Below, one piece after another: positions 9,086 to 18,095 of a stretch of DNA of 28,548 nucleotides. The stretch's first letter is position 1. Every line of letters begins with the position of its first letter. The translations under genes and the position numbers were made by a program. The notes beneath the pieces are model-generated. The model ran no database searches. It saw nothing but the letters and a program-made list of their open reading frames with translations, and was not told the origin of the DNA. This stretch comes from Minisyncoccota bacterium (GTDB lineage: Bacteria > Patescibacteriota > Minisyncoccia > Phycocordibacterales > PALSA-1337): the NCBI GenBank assembly GCA_041663145.1, contig JBAZRG010000002.1, positions 158,618 through 187,165 of the forward strand, given 5' to 3'.

Positions 9086-9996
9086 TGACAATAAATAAGG
9101 CAACAGGAAGAAGAATTGTATTTGTTCTTGCTTTTATTGTCTTTATCGTACCTACATTTACAAATGCCTATGAGAGTCCCGGAAGCCCAACTGGTTTTGT
9201 AAGTGATTTTGCGAATATGTTGAGTACCGAAGAACGTGCGACGATTGAAGCAAAAATTTCTCAGTTCGAAAAAGATACAACAAATGAAATTGCAGTCGTT
9301 ACGATTTCGACATTGGGAGATGATACGATAGAGGAATATGCAGTTGCATTATTTGCTGATTGGAAGATTGGTAAAGATGAATTTGATAATGGAGTTTTAC
9401 TTCTGGTTTCGAAAGAAGGTAGGAAGGTCCGAATAGAAGTAGGATATGGTCTCGAAGGTGCCATTACAGATATTGCCAGTGCTTCTATAATAGATGATAT
9501 TTTCATTCCAGAATTTAAGGCTGGAAATTATTACTCAGGAATAGATAAATCCGTTGATGCCATTATGATGGCGTCTAAAGGAGAATATGTACCAGTAGAT
9601 AATTCTTCGTTCTCGCTCGAAACTGTATGGGAGATGATTATTAATTTCGGTTTATTCATTTTATTACCGTTACTGTGGGTGACTAGCATATTGGCACGAT
9701 CGAAATCTTGGTGGGCCGGAGGGGTATTGGGTGGACTTTTGGCAGTTATTCTCGGATCGGTCACTACCGCTATATCTGTGATTACAGCACTCATAGTCCT
9801 CATACCGGTCGGACTCCTTTTTGATTTTATAGTTTCAAGTGTTTATAAAAACGATTTGAATAAAGGTAAAAGACATCCATGGTGGATTGGTGGTGGAGGT
9901 TTGGGACATGGTGGTGGTTCATTTGGTGGTAGTGGGGGATTTGGCGGATTCGGTGGCGGTTCCTCAGGTGGTGGCGGATCTAGTGGAAGCTGGTAA
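9085..9996 (+). CDS. TPM-domain (YgcG-like) membrane protein with a glycine-rich C-terminal tail
   Basis: The start overlaps the lemA stop (TAATGA), consistent with the conserved LemA-TPM pair. It has a TPM phosphatase-like domain (SDFANMLSTEERATIEAKI...IAVVTI...GVLLLVSKEGRKVRIEVGYGLEG), two TM segments and a GGGSFGGSGGFGGFGGGSSGGGGSSG tail. Confidence 0.8.
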   Translation: MTINKATGRRIVFVLAFIVFIVPTFTNAYESPGSPTGFVSDFANMLSTEERATIEAKISQFEKDTTNEIAVVTISTLGDDTIEEYAVALFADWKIGKDEFDNGVLLLVSKEGRKVRIEVGYGLEGAITDIASASIIDDIFIPEFKAGNYYSGIDKSVDAIMMASKGEYVPVDNSSFSLETVWEMIINFGLFILLPLLWVTSILARSKSWWAGGVLGGLLAVILGSVTTAISVITALIVLIPVGLLFDFIVSSVYKNDLNKGKRHPWWIGGGGLGHGGGSFGGSGGFGGFGGGSSGGGGSSGSW

Positions 9997-10057
9997 TCTG
10001 GATGTCAGAGTGTGATAGAATGTAAAAAAGTGATTTTATAAATTTAACTATAAAAAT

Positions 10058-10210
10058 ATGCTTACAACAATTGCAGTAGTATTTGTAGCTCTATGGCTTC
10101 TCGGTGTAGTCGGAGTGTATACGATCGGTTGGTTTATTCATGTTCTATTAGTTGTAGCGGTTATCATGGTTCTTGTTAGGATTATTCGCGGTAAGAATCC
10201 TATTCAATAA
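10058..10210 (+). CDS. Lmo0937-family small membrane protein, 50 aa; missed by the ORF track
   Basis: Translation MLTTIAVVFVALWLLGVVGVYTIGWFIHVLLVVAVIMVLVRIIRGKNPIQ. Its length, two-helix layout and LWLLG...GG/W.IH.LLV.A.I..L....RG motif match the widespread lmo0937 family. Confidence 0.55.
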   Translation: MLTTIAVVFVALWLLGVVGVYTIGWFIHVLLVVAVIMVLVRIIRGKNPIQ

Positions 10211-10279
10211 AGTCACAAAATTATCAGGATACTTTTTTGAAAATGGCCGAAAAAGCGGAAAATGAACTAAACACACATC

Positions 10280-11005
10280 ATGATCATAATCATAGCCATA
10301 GCGACTTTCTTTTCAACCTTGATCGGTGGTTTGGTTGCCCTGCACCTCAAAGATAAGTTACACCTGGTTATCGGTTTTAGCGCCGGTGCTGTTATCGGTG
10401 TGGCATTTTTTGATCTGATTCCAGAATCGATAGAGCTCGGTTCGAAATTTTATGAAGTGGGGACGGTGACGTCGATCATTGCTTTGGGTTTTATCATATA
10501 CCTTGTCTTGGATCGATTGATATTTTTGCATATTCACGAACATGCCGAAGGGGAGGCTGAAGTCCATGAGTACAGAGGCATCCTCGGTGCAGGCAGTTTG
10601 GCCACTCATAGTTTTATGGATGGTGTGGCTATCGGTCTAGCTTTCCAAGTCTCGACGTCAGTCGGGGCCATAGTTGCAGTGGCAGTTTTGGTGCATGATT
10701 TTTCTGATGGCATAAATACGGTTGGTATGATTTTGAAAAATAAGGGTGAAAGAAAAATCGCTCTGAAATGGTTGTTTGTCGATGCTCTGGCTCCGGTTCT
10801 GGGCGTGATTTCGACATTATTCTTTACATTACCTGAACGATCGTTTGGTATAGTACTGGCTCTATTTTCTGGTTTTTTCCTATATATCGGAGCAAGCGAT
10901 CTCATACCCGAAAGTCATCATGCTCACCCAAAATTCCTCACAACGGCTATGACTATACTCGGAGTAGGAGTCCTCTATGTAGCTATTCGACTGGCGGGCA
11001 TCTGA
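10280..11005 (+). CDS. ZIP family metal (Zn/Fe) transporter, ZupT-like
   Basis: Multi-pass membrane protein with a His-rich loop (HIHEHAEGEAEVHEY) and the ZIP signature helices (HSFMDGVAIGLAF, HDFSDGINTV). Confidence 0.8.
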   Translation: MIIIIAIATFFSTLIGGLVALHLKDKLHLVIGFSAGAVIGVAFFDLIPESIELGSKFYEVGTVTSIIALGFIIYLVLDRLIFLHIHEHAEGEAEVHEYRGILGAGSLATHSFMDGVAIGLAFQVSTSVGAIVAVAVLVHDFSDGINTVGMILKNKGERKIALKWLFVDALAPVLGVISTLFFTLPERSFGIVLALFSGFFLYIGASDLIPESHHAHPKFLTTAMTILGVGVLYVAIRLAGI

Positions 11006-11007
11006 TA

Positions 11008-11036
11008 TTGACTTTTTTCGCTAGATAATATATAGT
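11008..11036 (+). promoter_or_regulatory. Sigma70-type promoter for the DEAD-box helicase gene
   Basis: TTGACT (11008-11013), exact 17-nt spacer, TATAGT (11031-11036), about 40 nt upstream of the ATG at 11077. Confidence 0.5.
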
Positions 11037-11076
11037 TAGAGGAATACAGGAATGCTCCTGCACGTGGAAATCAGTC

Positions 11077-12321
11077 ATGTATCAAAAACATTTTAGAAGC
11101 GCCGGCCCTAGCGGTCAGCCTAAACAATTTAACTATAGAGGAAAGCCCGCTAGTAAAGGCGGTTTTTCTAGTGGTCATGGCAGGAGATTTGGCGGAGGTT
11201 CAGGACGTGGCGGTTTTTCCAAACACATAGACGTCTCGAAATTCATCAATAAGGCAGTCATCACTGAAAAAGTCGAGCATTATGTTCCTGAACATTCTTT
11301 TGCCGATTTTGCCATTGATAATCATCTAAAGACGAATATTGCTACAAAATCCTACTATGTCCCAACTCCTATCCAAGACAAAGCCATTCCGCACATTCTC
11401 CGTGGTTCGGATCTAGTCGGCATAGCAAATACAGGTACAGGTAAGACTGCAGCATTCCTCATACCACTTATCGACAAGGTCATAAAGTCTCCGAGTGAGA
11501 GAGTCCTCATCATTGTTCCGACTCGTGAGCTATCTCAGCAAATAGAAAGTGAATTGCGCGGCTTTACCACACATCTGCGTATTGCATCTGTATCGTGTGT
11601 CGGTGGTGCTGGCATAGGATTTCAGATCAAGTCTCTTTCTATGAGACCACAGTTCGTCATTGGTACACCAGGTAGATTGCGAGATCTCATAGATCGCAAA
11701 CGTATCGATCTTTCTCAGTTTTCTACGGTCGTTCTAGATGAAGCAGATCGAATGCTCGATATGGGATTTATCGGTGAGGTCAAGTTTATGGTTTCCAAAA
11801 TGTCGGCCAAAAGACATACGTTGTTCTTTTCGGCGACGATGTCAAAAGAGATAGAGACTCTGATTTCGCAATTTCTCACCAATCCCGTAATGATCTCTGT
11901 AAAGACGGGCGATACACCTTCGGCAGTAGACCAAGATGTTGTCCGAGTACCTATGGGCAAAAATAAGTTTGATATTTTGACCGATATGTTGAAGCAGTCC
12001 GGTTTCGATAAAATCCTGATTTTCGGCAAGACAAAGCATGGAGTCCAAAAATTGGCTGATCAACTAGCCAAGCTCGGTTTCAAAGCGGAGTCCATCCACG
12101 GTAATAAGAGTCAACCTCAAAGAGCTCGGGCCCTCAATCTTTTCAAGGAACATCATATGAAGATCTTGGTTGCCACGGACGTTGCGGCGAGAGGACTCGA
12201 CATCTCCGGAGTTTCTCACGTCATCAACTACGACATCCCCGCTACCTATGAAGACTATGTGCATCGCATCGGCAGAACTGGAAGAGCTGGAAAGAAGGGT
12301 AAGGCACTGACTTTTGTGTAA
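11077..12321 (+). CDS. DEAD-box ATP-dependent RNA helicase with an N-terminal RGG/Gly-rich region
   Basis: Q-motif, Walker A ANTGTGKT, PTRELSQQ, VLDEADRMLDMGF (DEAD box), SAT and HRIGRTGRAGKKG (motif VI). The ORF ends only 9 aa after motif VI, directly before repeat copy B. Confidence 0.9.
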   Translation: MYQKHFRSAGPSGQPKQFNYRGKPASKGGFSSGHGRRFGGGSGRGGFSKHIDVSKFINKAVITEKVEHYVPEHSFADFAIDNHLKTNIATKSYYVPTPIQDKAIPHILRGSDLVGIANTGTGKTAAFLIPLIDKVIKSPSERVLIIVPTRELSQQIESELRGFTTHLRIASVSCVGGAGIGFQIKSLSMRPQFVIGTPGRLRDLIDRKRIDLSQFSTVVLDEADRMLDMGFIGEVKFMVSKMSAKRHTLFFSATMSKEIETLISQFLTNPVMISVKTGDTPSAVDQDVVRVPMGKNKFDILTDMLKQSGFDKILIFGKTKHGVQKLADQLAKLGFKAESIHGNKSQPQRARALNLFKEHHMKILVATDVAARGLDISGVSHVINYDIPATYEDYVHRIGRTGRAGKKGKALTFV

Positions 12322-12335
12322 TAGGGTTATTATAA

Positions 12336-12487
12336 GAGCTCGGTGAATATTGTTTCAGAGCGACTCGCAAGGTCACCCGCTCCAAATTGCAACCGTATTA
12401 GAGCAGATGGAACTACTCTAATACGGGCAATTTGTTCGGGGTTCAAATCACATTGCGAGTCGCTCTGAAACAATATTCACCGAGCTC
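12336..12487 (+). repeat. Long hairpin element, copy B, 152 nt
   Basis: The outer and inner stem is a perfect 34-bp inverted repeat (GAGCTCGGTGAATATTGTTTCAGAGCGACTCGCA / TGCGAGTCGCTCTGAAACAATATTCACCGAGCTC). The 87-nt core matches copy A with a single A/G difference. Confidence 0.75.
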
Positions 12488-12548
12488 TTATTACACTCTT
12501 ATTAGAATGATTTACTACTCATTTTTTATATTGTAACATTGAAAGATT

Positions 12549-14333
12549 ATGTCTTTTGAACGTAATAAATACCCCAAAGTGGCGATTTCCGATGTGATAC
12601 GGGAATATTTGCCTGTGGCCAAGGAAAAACTCGGCTCATTGTCTTTCGTATTCCTCTCGACTGTAGCAGTCTCTGTTATTGGAGGCATCATCGTACCTTT
12701 ATATTACAAGCAATTTTTTGATTTATTGACACAGAACTCCGATAAGACAGTTATAGTTCCAGCATTATTGAAGATCCTAATCACCATATTGCTCCTCAAT
12801 ATATTCAATGTGTCTTTCTATCGTCTGTACACATACTTTATGATACGGTTTCAGACTCATGTCATGGCACGACTCCGACATATTGGGTTTGAATACTTGC
12901 TCGGCCATTCCTATATCTACTTCAGCAATAACTTTACCGGTTCACTGACTCAGAAAGTCAATCGTTTTTCCCGTTCATTTGAAAGAATCACTGACAGATT
13001 CTTCTATGAAATAATTCCGATCCTTATCAAAATCATCGGAATAAGCATCGTTCTTTGGTATGTAAATCCGATTTTGACCGGCATAATCTTCGTCTGGTTT
13101 GTGATCTACCTCATCATGTCCGTGTATTTTGCCAGATGGAAATTACCTTACGATATCAAATACGCGGAGTTGGAATCACGGGCAACAGCCGCTCTTTCCG
13201 ATAGCGTATCGAATCACACAACCATACAGTTGTTCAACAGATACAATCTCGAGTCTCTGATATTTGGTGTTGCCAATACAAATCATACAAAAGCTATGGC
13301 CAAGCGTTGGCACATAAGTAATGTCATCGACGGTGTACAAGCAGGACTCAATATTGCAATTGAATTTCTCATATTCTTTTACGCGATAAAATTCTGGGGA
13401 CTGGGGATGATTTCCGTCGGCGCTTTCGTTTTGATCCAGATGTATATCATCGGTCTTATGCACGATCTGTGGGGATCTAGCCGTATCCTTCGCGATCTCT
13501 ATGAATCATTCGCCGATGCCAAGGAAATGGTCGAGATCATGAAACTCGAACATGAGATAAAAGACGCACCAGATGCTTTGCCTATAAAAGTCAGCACAGG
13601 CAGAATCGATCTTAACGATGTTAAATTTGATTTTAATAAAGATATCGCGGTCCTAAACGGTATCGATCTGCATATCGAGGCGGGTGAGAGAGTGGCCTTG
13701 ATCGGTCCATCCGGGGCGGGAAAATCGACACTGGTTCGACTTCTATTGCGCATGTACGATATCAAGGGTGGTTCCATAGTCATTGATGGACAGAATATAA
13801 AGGAAATCACGCAGGGAAGTTTGCGTGAGGCCATAAGCTTTGTTCCGCAAGACCCGATACTGTTCCACCGTTCACTCAAAGATAATATTCGATATGGAAA
13901 AACAGATGCTACAGATGAGGAGGTTATAGAAGCCGCCAAGCTCGCTCATTGCCATGAATTCATCTCCAGTTTGCCAAATGGCTACGATACTTTCGTCGGA
14001 GAACGCGGTATCAAACTATCCGGAGGAGAACGTCAGAGAGTGGCTATAGCTAGGGCAATTCTCAAAAACGCGCCAATCCTTGTTTTGGATGAAGCGACTT
14101 CAAGTCTGGATTCTCATTCTGAAATCTTGATACAGGAAGCACTTGATATCCTCATGAAAGGAAAAACAGTTATCGTCATTGCTCATCGTCTATCAACTAT
14201 CAGAAAAATGAATCGCATCGTTGTACTCGAAAACGGTAATATCCTGGAGCAAGGTTCCCATGAAGATTTGCTAGCCAAGAATGGTTTGTATGCAAAGCTA
14301 TGGTCTTTGCAGTCTCATGGATTTATAAAATAA
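12549..14333 (+). CDS. ABC transporter, fused permease/ATP-binding exporter type (MsbA/lipid-A exporter-like)
   Basis: N-terminal 6-TM exporter domain; C-terminal NBD with Walker A GPSGAGKST, the LSGGERQRVAIARA signature and Walker B ILVLDEATSSLD. Confidence 0.9.
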   Translation: MSFERNKYPKVAISDVIREYLPVAKEKLGSLSFVFLSTVAVSVIGGIIVPLYYKQFFDLLTQNSDKTVIVPALLKILITILLLNIFNVSFYRLYTYFMIRFQTHVMARLRHIGFEYLLGHSYIYFSNNFTGSLTQKVNRFSRSFERITDRFFYEIIPILIKIIGISIVLWYVNPILTGIIFVWFVIYLIMSVYFARWKLPYDIKYAELESRATAALSDSVSNHTTIQLFNRYNLESLIFGVANTNHTKAMAKRWHISNVIDGVQAGLNIAIEFLIFFYAIKFWGLGMISVGAFVLIQMYIIGLMHDLWGSSRILRDLYESFADAKEMVEIMKLEHEIKDAPDALPIKVSTGRIDLNDVKFDFNKDIAVLNGIDLHIEAGERVALIGPSGAGKSTLVRLLLRMYDIKGGSIVIDGQNIKEITQGSLREAISFVPQDPILFHRSLKDNIRYGKTDATDEEVIEAAKLAHCHEFISSLPNGYDTFVGERGIKLSGGERQRVAIARAILKNAPILVLDEATSSLDSHSEILIQEALDILMKGKTVIVIAHRLSTIRKMNRIVVLENGNILEQGSHEDLLAKNGLYAKLWSLQSHGFIK

Positions 14334-14380
14334 TCTCTTAAGACTTTCAATTTCGAGAATGATCTGTGGACTTTGCGTGG

Positions 14381-14532
14381 CATTACCCCGACACAATATT
14401 CCCAGAACAATCCGAGTATGCGATTGAGCTTCGATAAATTACCCGTGTTTGGTGAAGCCTTGGAACCAAACACGGTTGTAATTTGAGAAGCGATTACGCA
14501 GGATTGTGGCGGGAATATTGTGTCGGGGGTAA
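14381..14532 (+). repeat. Long rod-like hairpin element C, about 150 nt
   Basis: Outer arms ATTACCCCGACACAATATTCCC-AGAA-CAATCC (14381-14412) and GGATTGTGGCGGGAATATTGTGTCGGGGGTAAT (14500-14532) are near-perfect reverse complements. The interior holds a nested stem AAATTAC-CCGTGTTTGGT / ACCAAACACGG-TTGTAATTT. It lies between the ABC transporter stop and the PIF1 helicase start. Confidence 0.55.
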
Positions 14533-14595
14533 TATACACCATTGAATCTTTTGATAGATTAAATAAGACTGAAATTTTCTGTTATACTCAGTTCC

Positions 14596-16383
14596 ATGAC
14601 TCAGACTGAAGCACTCAATATCCTGAAGACTGGCAAAAATGTTTTCGTGACCGGACCGGCCGGCAGCGGTAAGACTTACGTGGTCAATGAATATGTGAAT
14701 TATCTCCGTAAACACGATGTGCCGATCGGAATCACGGCTTCGACGGGTATCGCCGCTACACACCTCGGGGGCATGACAGTTCATTCTTGGTCCGGAATGG
14801 GTATAAAAAATAGTTTGGATGAGCATGAGCTGGCGGAATTAGCAGAAAGATCCAGTACCGCTAAGCGAATCAGGGAGGCGCAAGTTTTGATCATAGATGA
14901 AGTTTCGATGCTTCATCATTTTCGACTCGATACTTTGAATTCTATTTTGAAACACATTCGTAAAAATAGTCATCCTTTCGGTGGCATGCAGATCGTACTT
15001 TGTGGGGATTTTTTCCAATTACCTCCAGTATCTCGATATGGTGAACCAGACACGCACTTTATATATCGTTCGGAAGCCTGGCGGGAAGGTGGTTTTGCGG
15101 TCTGTTATCTTTCCGAAAATTATAGACAGACCGATGACGGCATACTTTCCGTATTGAATGAGATAAGGAGCGGTGAGGTGTCTGACGAAGCTCGCGAAAC
15201 TCTGAAGGGACGATATAGGAATATTTTGAATGCTGATCTCGCTCTAAATGATTTGCCTCCGACTAGACTTTTTACTCACAATGTCGATGTCGATGCAGTC
15301 AACGATGTTGAATTGTCGAAAGTCGATTCTCCGGAATTTTCGTATGAGATGCGCTCCAACGGTCGCAAAAATATAGTTGAACATTTGAGGAAATCTTGCC
15401 TTGCTCCAGAAGTTTTGCGTCTTCGCAAAGGCGCCAGAGTCATGTGCGTCAAGAATAATTTTGAACAAGGATATGTGAACGGGACATTGGGAACCGTTAT
15501 CTCGTGCGGTCCAGGTGTGGATCCGATAATCCAGACCGTTCCGAGTGTGAGCAACCCAAATGGTAGGTCAATCACGGTAGAGTCGGCAGTTTGGCAGATC
15601 GAAGATAACGGTCGGATTTTGGCTGAGATCGAACAATATCCGTTGCGCTTGGCATGGGCTATTACCGTTCATAAGAGTCAGGGTATGAGTTTGGATGCCA
15701 TAGAAGTCGATCTGTCGAAGGCTTTTGAGCCGGGAATGGGATATGTGGCATTGTCACGAGTCCGTACCCTCAGAGGACTTTCACTACTCGGTATGAATGA
15801 GAACGCTTTTCGAGTTCATCCCGAGGTCTTGGAATACGATGTGCATCTGCGTGATTTGTCGATGAAAGCCGAACGTATTTTGCAGAGTACGGATGAAAGA
15901 GATGTTGTCGGGGCGCATAATGAATTTCTGGCTAAAGTTGCACCACTTCATACCATAGATAAAACAGGTCGACTAGTGAGAGGACGAAAGAAAGAAGGAG
16001 AGAAATCCGTAAAATTGTCGACATATGATAAGACGGCACTGCTCGTAAAAGCGGAAAAATCCCTGGGTGAAATGGCTAAAGAAAGAGGAGTCACCACCGA
16101 GACTATCATAGCTCAGATCGAACGATTGATCTCCGGCGGTAAGGGGGTCAGAGAACCAATCAGTATGAATGAGATAATGTATTTGAAAAAAGAGATGTCA
16201 TCTTTACATTTTTCGAAAATCGAAAAAGCGCTTGAAGAAGTTTCCGTTAGGAATAATAGCGATGAGCTTCCACTATTAAGCGCGATAAAGACGATTGTCG
16301 GGCCGAATGTGTCATGGAAGGAGATCAGGCTGGCGAGAGTAATTCTTGGTTATGTTAAGGTGGGTTCAATGTCTGTGTTATAA
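14596..16383 (+). CDS. PIF1/RecD-family SF1B DNA helicase with a C-terminal extension
   Basis: Walker A GPAGSGKTY, motif II LIIDEVSM and the PIF1 signature LCGDFFQLPPV, plus a SF1 C-terminal domain (ITVHKSQGMSLD). About 150 extra C-terminal residues. Confidence 0.8.
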   Translation: MTQTEALNILKTGKNVFVTGPAGSGKTYVVNEYVNYLRKHDVPIGITASTGIAATHLGGMTVHSWSGMGIKNSLDEHELAELAERSSTAKRIREAQVLIIDEVSMLHHFRLDTLNSILKHIRKNSHPFGGMQIVLCGDFFQLPPVSRYGEPDTHFIYRSEAWREGGFAVCYLSENYRQTDDGILSVLNEIRSGEVSDEARETLKGRYRNILNADLALNDLPPTRLFTHNVDVDAVNDVELSKVDSPEFSYEMRSNGRKNIVEHLRKSCLAPEVLRLRKGARVMCVKNNFEQGYVNGTLGTVISCGPGVDPIIQTVPSVSNPNGRSITVESAVWQIEDNGRILAEIEQYPLRLAWAITVHKSQGMSLDAIEVDLSKAFEPGMGYVALSRVRTLRGLSLLGMNENAFRVHPEVLEYDVHLRDLSMKAERILQSTDERDVVGAHNEFLAKVAPLHTIDKTGRLVRGRKKEGEKSVKLSTYDKTALLVKAEKSLGEMAKERGVTTETIIAQIERLISGGKGVREPISMNEIMYLKKEMSSLHFSKIEKALEEVSVRNNSDELPLLSAIKTIVGPNVSWKEIRLARVILGYVKVGSMSVL

Positions 16384-16390
16384 TAACTCC

Positions 16391-17074
16391 ATGTCAACAG
16401 TCCTAATAACCGGCGTATCAAAAGGTATCGGCAAGGAATTGGCTCGAATATTCGAAGAGTCTGGCTATGTCGTACTAGGCACAGAGAGAGATCCTGTATC
16501 TGAAGAACAAAAAGAATCGCTCAAATTATTTACCCTAGATCTATCTGATCCGAAATCAATAGAGTCATTTGCTGATTCTATAAGTAATACAGGTGTGAAG
16601 ATCGATATCCTCATCAACAATGCGGGTACTTTGGTCGACGATGAATTGACACAGGTGCATATCGATAAGCTTCGACAAACCTTGGAAGTCAACCTGATCG
16701 GCACAATAGATCTGACCGAAAGAATGTTACCTATTATGAATAACAATGGTCACATCATCAATATTTCTTCAACAGCCGGCTCACTTACTCACACTACCGA
16801 AGGAACTGATTCTCATTACCCAAATCATTATCCAGCTTATAAAATATCAAAATGCGCATTGAATATGTACACTCGCACATTGGCTATGCGTTTTCGTCTA
16901 GAAAAATCAGATATTCGTGTATCTTCTGTGCACCCAGGTTGGGTAAAAACTGATATTGGTGGTGAAGAAGCGGACATCGAGCCAAAAGAATCAGCCAGAC
17001 ATATTTATGAGTTTGCCATCACGCGCCCAGAATCAGGAAAATTCTGGTTCGAAGGCAAAGAACTTGAGTGGTAA
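16391..17074 (+). CDS. Short-chain dehydrogenase/reductase (SDR)
   Basis: Start moved to the ATG at 16391 (MSTVLITGVSKGIGKEL = TGxxxGIG Rossmann motif). The track's upstream start would overlap the PIF1 gene. NNAG and the catalytic YxxxK (YKISK) are present. Confidence 0.8.
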   Translation: MSTVLITGVSKGIGKELARIFEESGYVVLGTERDPVSEEQKESLKLFTLDLSDPKSIESFADSISNTGVKIDILINNAGTLVDDELTQVHIDKLRQTLEVNLIGTIDLTERMLPIMNNNGHIINISSTAGSLTHTTEGTDSHYPNHYPAYKISKCALNMYTRTLAMRFRLEKSDIRVSSVHPGWVKTDIGGEEADIEPKESARHIYEFAITRPESGKFWFEGKELEW

Positions 17075-17103
17075 TATTTACTACTCAATATTTAGATTTG
17101 ATC

Positions 17104-17433
17104 TTAGACCGCCGAGACTACAGGCTCAGCTCTATGAGTAAACTTTCGAGATCCAGAAACTACTAGGATCGAACCGATAATGTGGAAGATGTAGAACAAA
17201 GCAGACATTGGTAATCCGTATATACTAACAGCAACTCCTTGGCTTGATTCGAAAGAAACAAAGGCCGCCATCAATATGGCAATAGCGATTATAAATACAC
17301 CACCTGCGACCAATCTCAATGGTTTTTTCAATGAATCCATGAATATTCCCGATGAGATGTAAAAGTAAGCTGCAGAGATCACTCCAATAATAACGGAAGC
17401 AAAAATAAAGATTAGTTCAAATTGGTTTGTCAT
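17104..17433 (-). CDS. Hypothetical membrane protein, 3-4 TM, 109 aa
   Basis: Strongly hydrophobic ORF with a good coding look and no recognisable family motif. Confidence 0.5.
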   Translation of the reverse strand: MTNQFELIFIFASVIIGVISAAYFYISSGIFMDSLKKPLRLVAGGVFIIAIAILMAAFVSFESSQGVAVSIYGLPMSALFYIFHIIGSILVVSGSRKFTHRAEPVVSAV

Positions 17434-17539
17434 AATGGGTATAGTATAACTCCGACTTTATTATCACGCATCCCCAGATTTGCAAGACGCAACCGCACAC
17501 ATCATTGAGATACACTCCGAATGGATGTATAATAAACTC

Positions 17540-17644
17540 ATGGCAAAGAGAATCAACATGCGCTTGAAGACTTCTCGTTCGAGAAAAACCGCCAAGAGGC
17601 GATCTGTTAAGAACGCAAGACTTCATAAGACGAAGAAGAAATAA
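17540..17644 (+). CDS. Possible 34-aa highly basic peptide
   Basis: MAKRINMRLKTSRSRKTAKRRSVKNARLHKTKKK is Lys/Arg-rich like a small ribosomal or nucleic-acid-binding peptide. It lies antisense to a low-quality Cys-rich track ORF (17417-17626). I found no confident homology. Confidence 0.2.
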   Translation: MAKRINMRLKTSRSRKTAKRRSVKNARLHKTKKK

Positions 17645-17899
17645 TAAGTCGATTTTCGAATTATTATCAGAAATGCAATCAGTAAACTCTGATTGTTCTC
17701 TTATGCTTTCTTTTTTATTTCTATACCAAGCTCGATCAACTGACTAGGTTCGACAAGTGATATTTTTGGTGGTTTTAGTTTCTCTTAAATATATTAAACG
17801 CAGAGATTCCACTTATCATCTGTTTTCAATCTCCACTGACTAGGGTTGTTACGAGGTAGTCTATTAATAAGCTAACATAGGTGTATATATTTTAATCAA

Positions 17900-18095
17900 T
17901 ATGTGTTATATTTCTGGCATACCTATGATCCGGCAGACACCGGTGAGGTGAAGAAAGAAAGCCATCCTTTGATTGGTTAGTAGAATCTTCCGGTAGTGCT
18001 CCGATATGCAGAAATGAAGAAAAAAACAGGGTGGCACCGCGACAAAATCGCCCCTGCGGATTTATTAAAATTAATGAATTCGGAGGGGTGTTTTT
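17900..18095 (+). promoter_or_regulatory. T-box riboswitch leader with intrinsic terminator upstream of the AspRS paralog
   Basis: Canonical T-box sequence AACAGGGTGGCACCGCG (18026-18041; consensus AGGGTGGNACCGCG, with the bulge UGGC matching tRNA 3' GCCA and discriminator G as in tRNA-Asp/Asn). It is immediately followed by the terminator CCCCTGCGGA(18051-18060)...TTCGGAGGGG(18079-18088)+TGTTTTT. The ATG is at 18139. Stem I and the specifier were not resolved by eye, so the 5' boundary is approximate. Confidence 0.7.

Noticed and set aside
5468-12487. CRISPR array or IS element interpretation of the A/B repeats
   Set aside because: There are only two copies, 6.9 kb apart, with no regular spacing, no cas or transposase genes, and termini that are not conserved TIRs over their full length.
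16346-16390. Track start of the SDR ORF at 16346, overlapping the PIF1 helicase
   Set aside because: The Rossmann motif begins right after the ATG at 16391. The upstream extension (MVMLRWVQCLCYNNS) lies inside the helicase gene.
17417-17626. Minus-strand 69-aa ORF (MKSCVLNRSPLGG...)
   Set aside because: Cys-rich, low-complexity and without an RBS. It overlaps a more protein-like + strand basic peptide, so it is likely spurious.
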